Positions 34,261 to 44,741 of a stretch of 64,000 nt of DNA are shown here, piece by piece. The position numbers were made by a program, and so were the translations under genes. This DNA is from a virus, in the IMG/VR virus record IMGVR_UViG_3300042549_005813; one strand, given 5' to 3'. The notes below the pieces were generated by a model. It did no database searches and had not been told where the DNA came from. It saw nothing but the letters and a program-made list of their open reading frames with translations. The stretch's first letter is position 1, and every line of letters begins with the position of its first letter.

Positions 34261-34778
34261 CAGAAGAACAAGAACAAACTAAAGAACGCACTGGTTGGAT
34301 TATTACATTTTTGGCTGCATTTTTGGCTATCACATCATTACTTGATGGTGGCAATTCATCACAGATTTTAGATAACACGATTGAAGCAAACAATGTTTGG
34401 TCTTTCTATCAAGCAAAAAGCATTAAACAGTCATTAGCTGAAATAACATACGATAATGCTGTTCGTAATGGCGACAAAAGAAAAGCCGAAATTATGAAGG
34501 TTAAAATAGAACGTTACGAATCAGAACCTTCATCAGGTGAAGGTAAAAAAGAATTGATGGCCAAGGCTCGTGCAATTGAAGCTGAGAGAGCAGTAGCGAA
34601 ACTAAGAAGTCCTTGGTACACATACTCTAATGCTTTCTATCAAATTGCAATTGTTATATTAGCTGCATCTATGTTGACGTTGAATAAAAAAATGTATTGT
34701 ATTGGTATCGGTCTTGGTGCTTTTGCAATATTATTAATGTCACAAGGTGCTTTTTTATGGTTACCGATAATATTATAA
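34257..34778 (+). CDS. DUF4337-like membrane protein
   Basis: WSFYQAKSIK motif, 3 TMs. Confidence 0.7.
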   Translation: MTEEQEQTKERTGWIITFLAAFLAITSLLDGGNSSQILDNTIEANNVWSFYQAKSIKQSLAEITYDNAVRNGDKRKAEIMKVKIERYESEPSSGEGKKELMAKARAIEAERAVAKLRSPWYTYSNAFYQIAIVILAASMLTLNKKMYCIGIGLGAFAILLMSQGAFLWLPIIL

Positions 34779-34787
34779 GGATTGAAA

Positions 34788-35411
34788 ATGGAATTAACAA
34801 AAGAACAATTAAAACAATTACTTCCAAAAAACCCATATATTGATAACTGGCATCACGCCTTATCAATTCTATTACCAGATTATGAAATCAATACACCTCA
34901 GAGAATGGCTGCTTTCATAGCACAATGCTCACATGAGTCTGGTGGTTTCATGGTTCTTAAAGAAAATCTAAATTATAAAGCAGCATCACTACGTAAACTG
35001 TTTGGTAAGTATTTTCCAAATGATGAGATTGCACAGCATTATGCTGCCAAGCCAAACAAACAAGAAGCAATCGCAAACAAAATCTACGCTAGCCGTATGG
35101 GTAACGGAGATGAGGCGTCTGGTGATGGATACAAGTTCTGTGGCCGTGGTTTAATTCAATTGACCGGCCGTGACAACTATACTTTCTTTGCAGGCAGTCT
35201 CGATATTACAGTAGAAGAAGCATCAGAATATCTACAGACATTTGAAGGCGCAGCACAATCTGCTTGCTGGTTCTGGGAAACAAATAAGTTAAATCAGTGG
35301 GCTGACAAAGGTGATATCGTCACATTGACAAAACGTATCAATGGTGGAACGATTGGCCTTGAAGACCGCATCAAACATTATGAACATGCACTTCACGTTT
35401 TTGGAGTATAG
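34788..35411 (+). CDS. Endolysin, glycoside hydrolase family 19
   Basis: AAFIAQCSHESGG, ENLNY, GRGLIQLTG and TKRINGG motifs. Confidence 0.92.
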   Translation: MELTKEQLKQLLPKNPYIDNWHHALSILLPDYEINTPQRMAAFIAQCSHESGGFMVLKENLNYKAASLRKLFGKYFPNDEIAQHYAAKPNKQEAIANKIYASRMGNGDEASGDGYKFCGRGLIQLTGRDNYTFFAGSLDITVEEASEYLQTFEGAAQSACWFWETNKLNQWADKGDIVTLTKRINGGTIGLEDRIKHYEHALHVFGV

Positions 35412-35412
35412 T

Positions 35413-35847
35413 ATGAAAAAAATATTATTCATACTTGCATTGTTACCTTGTTTGGCATTTGCACAAAAAGCACCACAAGGTGTTACGTATGACGCACAAA
35501 TATTAAGAGTAACGGATGGCGATACAGTTGTTATCGCCGCACCCTTTCTGCCTGCACCCCTTAAGCCCGAACTTGCGGTACGAGTCTATGGAGTCGATAC
35601 TCCGGAAAAAGGATTTAGAGGTCAATGCGATAGTGAAAAACAACGTGGTGAAGCCGCTTCCGTTTTCACTAAAGGTCTCATTAACGCCAGCCAACAACGA
35701 CAAGTCATTCTTTACAGTTGGGATAAATTCGGTGGTCGTGTATTGGGTGATATCATTCTAAACGGTCAAAGTCTCCGGACGCAATTGATTGCCAACGGAT
35801 TTGCTCGTGAATATTACGGTGAAGCTAAAACTTCTTGGTGTAATTAA
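35413..35847 (+). CDS. Exported thermonuclease (SNase-like)
   Basis: Signal peptide; DGDT, RVYGVDTPE and DKFGGRVL motifs. Confidence 0.88.
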   Translation: MKKILFILALLPCLAFAQKAPQGVTYDAQILRVTDGDTVVIAAPFLPAPLKPELAVRVYGVDTPEKGFRGQCDSEKQRGEAASVFTKGLINASQQRQVILYSWDKFGGRVLGDIILNGQSLRTQLIANGFAREYYGEAKTSWCN

Positions 35848-35856
35848 GGAAAAAAC

Positions 35857-36150
35857 ATGAACGACAAAAAACTATTATATGTAGCAATCGCAATGATTAT
35901 TTTACCTTTATCATTGGCATTTTTTGGCGGTGATAGATTCCGTTATCCATGTCAAGACCCTGATAATTGGGACAAAGAATTTTGTAAAATGCCAAGATGT
36001 GATGTGACAAGAACTTGTCCAGAACATATTTTTAAAGGACAGAGGGATCCAAGATTGGGTCCACCAACAACAAGAGTTGAACCTATGGGCCAAACTCCTG
36101 CACCAGCACAATGTACAACACCAACACAAGGAGCGAATTGTGGAAAATAA
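35857..36150 (+). CDS. Hypothetical membrane-anchored Cys-rich protein
   Basis: TM followed by RYPCQDP..W...C..P.C....C. Confidence 0.7.
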   Translation: MNDKKLLYVAIAMIILPLSLAFFGGDRFRYPCQDPDNWDKEFCKMPRCDVTRTCPEHIFKGQRDPRLGPPTTRVEPMGQTPAPAQCTTPTQGANCGK

Positions 36151-36598
36151 TAATAATTTCATGTATACAGAAGAGCAGTTAATGGCTCGTCTAAAATTCT
36201 TTATCGGTATTTGTTTGGCATTAACATTGACAGGTATTGTATTTGTCGTGTTATACTCCATTATCTTTGTAACTCAACCATTAAATGCAATTAGTCCTAT
36301 TGACCAAAAATTCTTTGAGTTGATTATTCCTATTGCAACATTCTTAACTGGTACTCTATCGGGCATTATGTTAGCCGGTAATGATAAAGACCTTAGAGCA
36401 AAGGCACTAGATGCAGCAAATAAACCACCAACCGTTTCAGGACCACCACCAAATGCACCGTCAACTAATGCACCAAGCAACAATGCAACATTTGGCACAC
36501 CAACGCCAAGTGCAGCAACATTTGCACCAGCAGCACAAGTTGTCACAGGATTTGGAGGCAAACCAGCGCCTGCACCAGCCCCACAACCAGAAATCTAA
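36140..36598 (+). CDS. Hypothetical 2-TM protein with Pro-rich tail (holin-like candidate)
   Basis: Two TMs; GTG start with SD. Confidence 0.6.
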   Translation: MENNNNFMYTEEQLMARLKFFIGICLALTLTGIVFVVLYSIIFVTQPLNAISPIDQKFFELIIPIATFLTGTLSGIMLAGNDKDLRAKALDAANKPPTVSGPPPNAPSTNAPSNNATFGTPTPSAATFAPAAQVVTGFGGKPAPAPAPQPEI

Positions 36599-36602
36599 AT
36601 AG

Positions 36603-36824
36603 ATGGACTCATTAAAAAGTATGTTATCAGATGGTGTCAATGGCACCATCTCTAGCAAAAGAGTTGTCACACTGTTAGCATTTGTAATGTGTGCATCAGG
36701 TTTTATTACTATGCTATATGGTCATCCTATAGATTCTAAAATTTACGATTCAATGATGTACATTGTAATTGCAGGTTTAGGTTTCACAGCATCAGAAAAG
36801 TTTACTAAAAAGGACGAAAAATGA
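36603..36824 (+). CDS. Small 2-TM protein (holin candidate)
   Basis: SSKRV plus two TMs and a charged C-terminus. Confidence 0.55.
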   Translation: MDSLKSMLSDGVNGTISSKRVVTLLAFVMCASGFITMLYGHPIDSKIYDSMMYIVIAGLGFTASEKFTKKDEK

Positions 36825-37027
36825 AAAATTATATATTTGTAGCAGGACTATGTTTAGCCATATCTTCAACAGCTTTTGCTGCAGCAGAAACAAAAAAAGT
36901 TTGTGTTGATGTAAAAGATAAACAAGGTCAAGTTGTTAAAGACAAAGCTGGCAAACCAAAACAAAATTGTAAAGAAATGAAAGTTCACAAGAAACTTGAA
37001 GGCACAGAAGTTCCTGTGAAAAAATAA
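36821..37027 (+). CDS. Small exported protein
   Basis: Signal peptide (AFA), 2 Cys, Lys-rich. Confidence 0.65.
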   Translation: MKNYIFVAGLCLAISSTAFAAAETKKVCVDVKDKQGQVVKDKAGKPKQNCKEMKVHKKLEGTEVPVKK

Positions 37028-37410
37028 TGGCGTATTCCGAAAAGGTCATTGACCATTACGAAAATCCACGAAATGTGGGTAAGTTTGATATAGATGAAAA
37101 TGTTGGAACAGGCATGGTCGGTGCGCCTGCGTGTGGTGATGTTATGAAGTTACAGATTAGGGTTGAAGATGATATTATTAGAGATGCTTGTTTCAAGACA
37201 TATGGATGCGGTTCAGCAATCGCAAGTTCATCCTTGGTTACAGAGTGGATCAAAGGTAAAACTTTGGATGAAGCTTCTACTATTAAGAATTCTGATATCG
37301 CAGAAGAATTAGCATTACCACCTGTTAAAATACATTGTAGCATACTTGCAGAAGACGCTGTGAAAGCGGCCATTAACAATTATAAAGGTAAACATGTTAA
37401 CAGTAACTGA
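37027..37410 (+). CDS. iscU: Fe-S cluster scaffold IscU
   Basis: [38 protein letters not shown] and LPPVKIHCS motifs. Confidence 0.97.
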   Translation: MAYSEKVIDHYENPRNVGKFDIDENVGTGMVGAPACGDVMKLQIRVEDDIIRDACFKTYGCGSAIASSSLVTEWIKGKTLDEASTIKNSDIAEELALPPVKIHCSILAEDAVKAAINNYKGKHVNSN

Positions 37411-37708
37411 AAATGCTATTGAACAAATAAAAGAAATTTTATTGGAAGAAGAAAGTTCGAAATACGTCAGAGCCTTTATCGAAGGCGGTGGATGCTCTGG
37501 TTTTAATTATGGTTTCATGATAGAGGATGCTAAGAATGAGGATGATTTTGAAGTGACTGAAAAATTACTTGTTGATTCTGCCAGTATGCAATATTTCTCT
37601 GGTGCAACAATAGATTATAAAAAAGATAGACTAACAGGATCACAATTTGTGATTACCAACCCAAATGCCAAATCCACATGTGGATGCGGCAGCAGCTTTA
37701 GTGTATAA
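37394..37708 (+). CDS. A-type Fe-S carrier (IscA/ErpA)
   Basis: GGGCSGF and [14 protein letters not shown] motifs. Confidence 0.93.
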   Translation: MLTVTENAIEQIKEILLEEESSKYVRAFIEGGGCSGFNYGFMIEDAKNEDDFEVTEKLLVDSASMQYFSGATIDYKKDRLTGSQFVITNPNAKSTCGCGSSFSV

Positions 37709-37719
37709 GAAAGAACTAA

Positions 37720-38025
37720 ATGGCCACTACAGTAGAAAGAATAGGCATCGTTGAAACTAAGGTAGAAAACCTTAATGAAAAAATGGATGACCTAAAAGTT
37801 GATGTTAAAGAGATGCATGATTGCCTTGATAAAACACGGGACGCTTTGAGTGAAAAACTGGAAGAAATGTATAATGCATCCTGTACTCAACATACCGAAC
37901 TAGCAAGGAAGATTGGTGACCTGGAAAAAGTCAGACAAAAGGTAGTATGGATGGCTGCCGGTGCCGTGGCCTTTGCTGGAATACTTTCCGGCCACTTAGA
38001 AAAAATACTTGCATTTTTACATTAA
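37720..38025 (+). CDS. Coiled-coil protein with a C-terminal TM
   Basis: Heptad pattern plus hydrophobic tail. Confidence 0.65.
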   Translation: MATTVERIGIVETKVENLNEKMDDLKVDVKEMHDCLDKTRDALSEKLEEMYNASCTQHTELARKIGDLEKVRQKVVWMAAGAVAFAGILSGHLEKILAFLH

Positions 38026-38069
38026 TTGGTGTATAATCTAGTTTCTTGTAAACTTCACACCATTTTGTT

Positions 38070-39083
38070 ATGTCCGTTTTTATTGATAGAACCTTTCTGC
38101 TAAGGGTATCCCCGAAGCTTCAAAAATTCACACAGAAAAAGGATAACCTGTATAACTTCAGGTGTCCTCTCTGTGGCGACTCAAGCAAGAACAAAACCAA
38201 AGCTCGTGGTTATGTTTACGAAAAAAAGAACAATTACTTTTATATGTGCCACAATTGTGGTGCATCCACTTCCTTTTATAATTTCCTGGAGAAGGTTGAT
38301 CCAAACCTAGTTAAAGAATATGCACTTGAACGGTACAAGAATGGTGAACAGGGACGTGACAATTACGTTAAACCAACTTTCGATGAATTCAAACCTGAAA
38401 CCCCGAAGTTTCGTGTTAAATTCGATATTCCATCGGTCGAATCGTTACCAGAAGAACATTTTGCGAAAGTGTATGTCAAATCCCGCAAAATACCAGAGTC
38501 GTTCCATGCACACCTATATTTTGCACAAGACTTTAAAGGCTTTGTTGAGAGCCTGCAAATAGAGAAAGATGGACTCAAAGAAGATGACCCTAGATTGGTA
38601 ATACCATTCTATGATGAAGATAAAAATCTTGTGGCATTTCAGGGTCGTGCATTAGGTGAATCTAAACTAAGATATATCACAGTAAAGACAGACAAAGATA
38701 ACCACAAGTTATTCGGGACTGACCGGATCAACACGGAAGACATGATATATGTTGTGGAAGGTCCTATTGACTCTATGTTTCTGGAGAATGCCGTTGCAAC
38801 TGCGGATTCAAATCTGATGGCTGCTTCCAAGCACTTTGACAAGTCTAAGATTGTCTTGGTGTATGATAATGAACCAAGAAACAAAGAACTACATAATCAG
38901 ATGGACAAGGCTATCGAGGAACACTACAATGTGGTAATCTGGCCTGAAATGATTGAAGAAAAAGATGTGAATGATATGGTTTTGAATGGCTTCTCACCAG
39001 ACGAAATTCAAGATATCATAAGTAAACATACCTTTGTAAATCTGAGAGCAAAGATGGAATTTATTAACTGGAAAAAGACTTGA
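38070..39083 (+). CDS. gp61: DNA primase (T4 gp61)
   Basis: CPLCGDS...CHNC zinc finger; EGPIDS TOPRIM; DNEPRN; KDVND. Confidence 0.96.
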   Translation: MSVFIDRTFLLRVSPKLQKFTQKKDNLYNFRCPLCGDSSKNKTKARGYVYEKKNNYFYMCHNCGASTSFYNFLEKVDPNLVKEYALERYKNGEQGRDNYVKPTFDEFKPETPKFRVKFDIPSVESLPEEHFAKVYVKSRKIPESFHAHLYFAQDFKGFVESLQIEKDGLKEDDPRLVIPFYDEDKNLVAFQGRALGESKLRYITVKTDKDNHKLFGTDRINTEDMIYVVEGPIDSMFLENAVATADSNLMAASKHFDKSKIVLVYDNEPRNKELHNQMDKAIEEHYNVVIWPEMIEEKDVNDMVLNGFSPDEIQDIISKHTFVNLRAKMEFINWKKT

Positions 39084-39096
39084 ATGGAGATTTGTT

Positions 39097-39762
39097 ATGC
39101 AGGTGAAATTGATATCATACACACAGGGAGCAGATGGTAAGAATTTGTTAGAACAGGTTGCTTTTGCAGCCAGAGTTTCAAATCCTGCCAATCAAAATAA
39201 TACCGAAACATCTGAAAAGTTGGTTCGGTATCTTATCAAAAACCAACATTGGTCACCACTAGAAATGGTGAGTATTTGTTTGGAGATAGACACCACACGG
39301 GATATAGCACGCCAGATTTTAAGGCATCGTTCCTTTTCCTTTCAGGAATTTAGTCAACGATATGCGGAGGCGACTCAATTGGGTTTTGAACTAAAAGAAG
39401 CAAGGATGCAAGACTTGAAGAATCGTCAAAATTCAGTTGTAGTTGATGCAGATGATGAAGATGCAAGATTACTTGCTATAGAATGGGAACGTGCTCAGAA
39501 ACGTGTATTGTATGCGGTTGAAAAGGAGTATAAGTGGGCTATTGAGAACGGTATTGCAAAAGAACAAGCGAGAGCAGTATTACCAGAAGGTATGACTGGT
39601 TCACGTTTATACATGAACGGAACGCTTCGTTCTTGGGTTCACTATATACAACTCCGTAGCGCAAACGGGACACAGAAAGAACATCAAGATGTTGCATTGG
39701 CTTGTGCTGATGTTATTGAGCCAATTTTCCCTATGATTAAGGAGTACACTAATGGACAGTAA
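39097..39762 (+). CDS. thyX: Flavin-dependent thymidylate synthase ThyX
   Basis: HWSPLE and RHRSFSFQEFSQRY motifs. Confidence 0.96.
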   Translation: MQVKLISYTQGADGKNLLEQVAFAARVSNPANQNNTETSEKLVRYLIKNQHWSPLEMVSICLEIDTTRDIARQILRHRSFSFQEFSQRYAEATQLGFELKEARMQDLKNRQNSVVVDADDEDARLLAIEWERAQKRVLYAVEKEYKWAIENGIAKEQARAVLPEGMTGSRLYMNGTLRSWVHYIQLRSANGTQKEHQDVALACADVIEPIFPMIKEYTNGQ

Positions 39763-40111
39763 GAATGATGTAAGAATTTTTATGGATGCATGTGACCAAA
39801 AGTCAACAGACTTTGGACCACAATCAGAACTTTACATGGATTTGATAATCGAAGAATTTAGAGAACTTGTTACTGCTTATGGTAGTAGAAACATTGTGGA
39901 AATTGCCGATGCAACTGCTGATTTAAAATGGGTACTTGAAGGACTTGAACACACACTCAAAATTCCACAACAAGAAGTTTGGGACGAAGTTGCTCGTAGC
40001 AATTTAGCTAAAATTTCTGAAAACGGAAAAGTAATAAAAAGAGAAGATGGCAAGGTATTAAAACCTGAAGGATGGACGCCACCTAACATTCAAGCAATTA
40101 TAAGAAAGTAA
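39752..40111 (+). CDS. MazG-like/PRA-PH family NTP pyrophosphohydrolase
   Basis: IEEFREL, EIADATAD, SNLAK and REDGKVLKP motifs. Confidence 0.85.
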   Translation: MDSKNDVRIFMDACDQKSTDFGPQSELYMDLIIEEFRELVTAYGSRNIVEIADATADLKWVLEGLEHTLKIPQQEVWDEVARSNLAKISENGKVIKREDGKVLKPEGWTPPNIQAIIRK

Positions 40112-40115
40112 AAAT

Positions 40116-41906
40116 ATGGAATATATGGGTATCAAAATAGACTTGGAAAAAGATAAACTATTTGATGAATTAGGAATTAAAAGATTACAAGAGTCTTACA
40201 TGCGTGATGATGAAACATCACCACAACAGAGGTTTGCATATGTATCATCGTCATTCGGAAGTAATCCTGAACACGCTCAGCGCCTTTACAATTACTCCGC
40301 TAATCATTGGCTCAGTTATAGTACTCCAATTCTTAGCTATGGGCGTTCTAAGCGTGGTATGCCTATATCGTGCTTTCTTAACTATATTGAAGATACTGCG
40401 GAGGGTCTAGTTGATAATCTTAGCGAAACTAATTGGCTTTCTATGCTTGGCGGTGGTGTTGGTATTGGCTTCGGTATACGTAGTGCAGACGACAAGAGTA
40501 CTGGTGTTATGCCGCACCTCAAAATTTACGATGCTTCATCTCTTGCTTACCGTCAGGGTCGTACTCGCCGTGGAAGTTATGCTGCTTATCTTGATATCAG
40601 TCATCCCGACATTATATCATTTTTAGAAATGCGTAAACCTACTGGTGATCCTAATGTACGATGCATGAATCTACACCATGGTGTTAACATCACTGATGAT
40701 TTTATGAAACTGATTGAAAACTGTATGTTGGATTCAGAAGCAGATGATTCATGGCCTTTGGTTGATCCAAAATCAGGAATAGTGCGTGAAACAGTTTCCG
40801 CCAAAGCTTTGTGGCAACAAATCTTAGAATTACGTATGCACACCGGTGAACCTTATATTCATTACATTGATACTAGTAATAAAATGTTACCTCAATTCCT
40901 AAAAGATAGAGGATTAAAAGTACATCAATCAAACCTATGTTCTGAAATTATTTTACCAACAAATGAGGAAAGAACTGCTGTATGTTGTTTATCATCTTTA
41001 AATTTGGAGCACTATGATGATTGGAAGAATGATACCTTGTTCCTTAAGGATGTTGCTGAAATGCTCGATAACGTTCTGGAGTTTTTTATTGTTAATGCAC
41101 CTGATACCATTTCCAGGGCTATACACTCTGCTAGTCGTGAGCGTTCTATTGGCATTGGTGCCTTAGGTTTTCATGCTTACTTGCAGAAGAACAATATTGC
41201 ATTTGAAGGTGTAATGTCAAAAGTTACAAATAATCAAATATTTAAACACATAAGGAGTAAATTAGATGAGGCTAATCAAATTCTTGGAAAAGAACGAGGG
41301 GAAGCTCCTGATGCTGTCGGCACTGGCCAGCGCTTCAGTCACCTTATGGCTATTGCTCCAAATGCTTCTTCGTCTATCATTATGGGAAACACTAGCCCTA
41401 GCGTTGAGCCTTACCGTGCTAATGCTTACCGTCAAGACACTTTATCAGGCGCATTTCTAAACAAGAATAAACATCTAGATAAAATTATCCAAAAACACGC
41501 TGAGATTCATCCAAACGGATGGTCAGATGAAGTCTGGAGTAGTATCATGGCGAATGATGGTTCTGTACAACATTTAGAATGGTTGGATGAAAATGAGAGA
41601 GCTGTATTTAAAACATCCATGGAAATTGACCAACGTTGGGTTATCGAATTGGCTGCTGACCGCCAACAATACATTGACCAAGCACAATCATTAAACTTGT
41701 TCTTCCGTCCAGATGCACATATCAAATACATTCACGCCATACACTTTATGGCATGGAAAAAAGGATTGAAAACGCTTTACTACTGCCGTTCAGAAAAGAT
41801 TGGCAAGGCAGATAAGGTATCTAAACGTATTGAACGTCAAGTTATTAAAGAATTGGACATGGTTCAAGTAGCACAAGGAAATGATTGCATTGCTTGTGAG
41901 GGATAA
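40116..41906 (+). CDS. nrdA: Ribonucleotide reductase class I alpha subunit (no ATP cone)
   Basis: ISCF, SNLCSEI, IAPNASSS, LKTLYY and C-terminal CIACEG motifs. Confidence 0.96.
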   Translation: MEYMGIKIDLEKDKLFDELGIKRLQESYMRDDETSPQQRFAYVSSSFGSNPEHAQRLYNYSANHWLSYSTPILSYGRSKRGMPISCFLNYIEDTAEGLVDNLSETNWLSMLGGGVGIGFGIRSADDKSTGVMPHLKIYDASSLAYRQGRTRRGSYAAYLDISHPDIISFLEMRKPTGDPNVRCMNLHHGVNITDDFMKLIENCMLDSEADDSWPLVDPKSGIVRETVSAKALWQQILELRMHTGEPYIHYIDTSNKMLPQFLKDRGLKVHQSNLCSEIILPTNEERTAVCCLSSLNLEHYDDWKNDTLFLKDVAEMLDNVLEFFIVNAPDTISRAIHSASRERSIGIGALGFHAYLQKNNIAFEGVMSKVTNNQIFKHIRSKLDEANQILGKERGEAPDAVGTGQRFSHLMAIAPNASSSIIMGNTSPSVEPYRANAYRQDTLSGAFLNKNKHLDKIIQKHAEIHPNGWSDEVWSSIMANDGSVQHLEWLDENERAVFKTSMEIDQRWVIELAADRQQYIDQAQSLNLFFRPDAHIKYIHAIHFMAWKKGLKTLYYCRSEKIGKADKVSKRIERQVIKELDMVQVAQGNDCIACEG

Positions 41907-42545
41907 ATGAAACCCACTATCGCTATATTCTTACATCAACCAAAATGTTCGGTACAATCTGGTAATGGAATAATTAAAGCACTAGAGACACATTACAACT
42001 TTAAAATATTTACAAAGCATGAACTAGAAAGTGATTTCTTTGATAATGTCGATATTGTTGCTTTTCCTGGTGGTTTGGGTGATAGTGATAGTTTTGATTT
42101 TTTATTTAAAGATAATCGTAGTCGCATTTCTGATTTTATTCATAATGGCGGCCGCTACCTGGGAATTTGCATGGGTGCTTATTGGGCTGGTAATAGTTAT
42201 TTCAATTTTCTTGATAATGTAGAAGTTGAACAATATATAACACGACCAAATACCGACACACGTAGGCCTCATGCAAAGAACTTAAAAATTGAATGGTTGG
42301 GTAAACAGGAGAAGATGTTCTTTTATGATGGTTGTGCCTTTGGACCAGGACAGTATGAAATTATTGCAAAGTATATGAATGATGATCCGATGGCCATTAT
42401 TCAGAACAGGATAGGTTTAATTGGTTGTCATCCTGAAAGTCAACCACATTGGTATAAATCATATAGTTGGATGAGAGGCCTCTATCACAATGGAGAACAT
42501 CATAAACTATTATTAGAATTCACAAATAAATTAATGGAGAGATAA
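41907..42545 (+). CDS. BPL-N/class I glutamine-amidotransferase-like protein
   Basis: FPGG, YLGICMGAY and GCHPE triad motifs. Confidence 0.8.
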   Translation: MKPTIAIFLHQPKCSVQSGNGIIKALETHYNFKIFTKHELESDFFDNVDIVAFPGGLGDSDSFDFLFKDNRSRISDFIHNGGRYLGICMGAYWAGNSYFNFLDNVEVEQYITRPNTDTRRPHAKNLKIEWLGKQEKMFFYDGCAFGPGQYEIIAKYMNDDPMAIIQNRIGLIGCHPESQPHWYKSYSWMRGLYHNGEHHKLLLEFTNKLMER

Positions 42546-42546
42546 G

Positions 42547-42789
42547 ATGAAGATATTAAGATTTACAGCATCATGGTGTGGGCCATGTAAATCATTAGCA
42601 ATGAATTTAGAACAAGCAAATTTACAAATGCCAATTGAAGTTATTGATATTGATGTTCAGTCTGATGTTGCAGTTGAATATGGAATTCGTGGTGTACCGA
42701 CATTAGTGATGTTGGATGAAAACATTGAGGTTAAACGATTGGTTGGTTCTAAAACCATCACAGAACTAAAAGAGTGGGCAACAGCATGA
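42547..42789 (+). CDS. Thioredoxin
   Basis: WCGPC and IRGVPT motifs. Confidence 0.93.
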   Translation: MKILRFTASWCGPCKSLAMNLEQANLQMPIEVIDIDVQSDVAVEYGIRGVPTLVMLDENIEVKRLVGSKTITELKEWATA

Positions 42790-43772
42790 TTAAGAAGATA
42801 GAATCCAGACTTACGGATGAAAGAAACAGTTTTAAACCTTTTAACTATCCATGGGCATATGATGCATGGTTGAAACATGAACAATCACATTGGCTTCACA
42901 CAGAAGTTCCAATGATGGAAGACGTTAAAGATTGGAAAAAGAAACTAAGCAAAGAAGAAAAACAATTTCTTACACATATCTTTAGATTCTTTACACAAGG
43001 CGACATTGACGTTGCTGGTGGTTATGTAAAGAACTATTTACCATATTTCCCTCAACCAGAAGTTCGCATGATGTTGTTAGGTTTTGCTGCAAGAGAAGCA
43101 TTACACGTTGCTGCATATAGTCACCTAATCGAAACACTCGGTTTACCTGAAGCCACTTATAACCAGTTCTTAGATTATCAAGAAATGAAAGATAAACACG
43201 ATTATGTGTTAGACCTTTCTTCTAAGAATGGTGATGCCGCCTCAACTGCAACCCACATCGCCGTGTTCAGTGCTTTCACTGAAGGGATGCAGTTGTTCTC
43301 CTCTTTCATCATGTTATTGAACTTTCCACGCACAGGTAAGATGAAAGGTATGGGACAGATTGTTACTTGGTCAATTGTTGATGAAACACAACATGCTGAG
43401 TCAATGATTAAATTATTCCGTACCTACATAGAAGAAAACAAAGAGATATGGAATGATGAACTTAAAGGCCGTATTTACAGCATTGCAGAAAAGATGGTTG
43501 AATTGGAAGATAAGTTTATTGACCTCGCCTTTTCTATGGGCGCTATGGACGGTCTATCTAGTGAAGATGTCAAAAAGTACATTCGTTATATTGCTGATAG
43601 GCGCCTTATATCTCTTGGTCTTAAAGGCATTTTTAAAGTGAAGAAGAATCCATTACCTTGGGTTGAAGAAATGATTAACGCACCAACACACACAAACTTC
43701 TTTGAGAACCGTGCAACTGATTATGCTAAAGGTGCATTGTCCGGAGATTGGGGCGATGTGTGGGCAAACTAA
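42786..43772 (+). CDS. nrdB: Ribonucleotide reductase beta subunit
   Basis: FFTQGD, EALHVAAY, EGMQLF, DETQH and NFFE motifs. Confidence 0.96.
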   Translation: MIKKIESRLTDERNSFKPFNYPWAYDAWLKHEQSHWLHTEVPMMEDVKDWKKKLSKEEKQFLTHIFRFFTQGDIDVAGGYVKNYLPYFPQPEVRMMLLGFAAREALHVAAYSHLIETLGLPEATYNQFLDYQEMKDKHDYVLDLSSKNGDAASTATHIAVFSAFTEGMQLFSSFIMLLNFPRTGKMKGMGQIVTWSIVDETQHAESMIKLFRTYIEENKEIWNDELKGRIYSIAEKMVELEDKFIDLAFSMGAMDGLSSEDVKKYIRYIADRRLISLGLKGIFKVKKNPLPWVEEMINAPTHTNFFENRATDYAKGALSGDWGDVWAN

Positions 43773-43781
43773 AGGAAACAT

Positions 43782-43970
43782 ATGACAACAAGAACAATAA
43801 CAGCGGAGTGTAGTAACTGCGAATCCAGTTACGATGTAATTTTTATGGAAGAACTAGTATCAGAAGAATTACCTGAGTTTTGCCCGTTTTGTGGCGAAAC
43901 GATTGATTCATTATCCGAAGACGAATATATAGAGGATGATGAACTCAATGATAATGAAAAATGGGACTGA
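43782..43970 (+). CDS. Small zinc-ribbon protein
   Basis: CSNC...CPFCG, acidic tail. Confidence 0.75.
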   Translation: MTTRTITAECSNCESSYDVIFMEELVSEELPEFCPFCGETIDSLSEDEYIEDDELNDNEKWD

Positions 43971-44374
43971 ACTGGACATATAAAGACAAAGAATTTACAG
44001 AAGAATTGATTGGTGACGATTATGGCTTTGTGTATCTTATAACCAACAATGTAACAAATAAAAAATACATTGGTAAGAAGTTTTTCTATTCCTCAAAGAC
44101 TAGGCAAGTGAAAGGTAAGAAGAAACGATTCAAAGTTTCCTCTGACTGGCAAACTTATTACGGTAGTAACGAGGAATTGAAAAAAGATGTTATAATACAC
44201 GGACTAGATTCGTTTAGCCGAGAAATTATACATCTATGTAAAAGCAAAGGTGAGTGTGGTTATCTTGAAGCAAAAGAACAGTTTGTAAATGGTGCTCTGG
44301 AGACAGATGATTATTACAATTCTTGGATTATGGTAAGAGTAAGAAAATCACACATTAAAGGATTACAATGTTAG
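43961..44374 (+). CDS. GIY-YIG endonuclease (EndoII/DenA-like)
   Basis: GFVY...KYIGKK, YYGS, E and YYN motifs. Confidence 0.85.
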   Translation: MGLNWTYKDKEFTEELIGDDYGFVYLITNNVTNKKYIGKKFFYSSKTRQVKGKKKRFKVSSDWQTYYGSNEELKKDVIIHGLDSFSREIIHLCKSKGECGYLEAKEQFVNGALETDDYYNSWIMVRVRKSHIKGLQC

Positions 44375-44712
44375 ATTATTTGAAGGAGGTTGGTGGGGAA
44401 TTTGATGCTTTATTTTTCTTGCCAATGGAAGAAGAAGATAGTATCAACATTATGACTAACAAATATAAAAATCCAGGACAACCAATAAAAGGAAACATAA
44501 TTGGCGATTGGTGGCACATTTTGTTGTTTAAATGCAACGAAGAAAATGGCCAAGTCGAGGACCTTGATATCTTTGATGCCATATTTGCCGATCCTAGGGA
44601 ATACATATCCGGACTGATTCCCCAAGGTTGGTATGGTTTAATTGCAAAGAAAACCACAACCTCCCACAATTTTTTAGATGATGCTATTGACAAATTCAAG
44701 TCAATGATGTAA
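44368..44712 (+). CDS. Hypothetical protein
   Basis: Coupled ORF in the operon. Confidence 0.65.
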   Translation: MLDYLKEVGGEFDALFFLPMEEEDSINIMTNKYKNPGQPIKGNIIGDWWHILLFKCNEENGQVEDLDIFDAIFADPREYISGLIPQGWYGLIAKKTTTSHNFLDDAIDKFKSMM

Positions 44713-44741
44713 AATATGGATATCTAAACTGAAAGTACATT

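Noticed and set aside
13198-43772. Introns or inteins in gp43, gp41, nrdA or nrdB
   Set aside because: All are continuous ORFs of normal or short length with no splice or intein motifs
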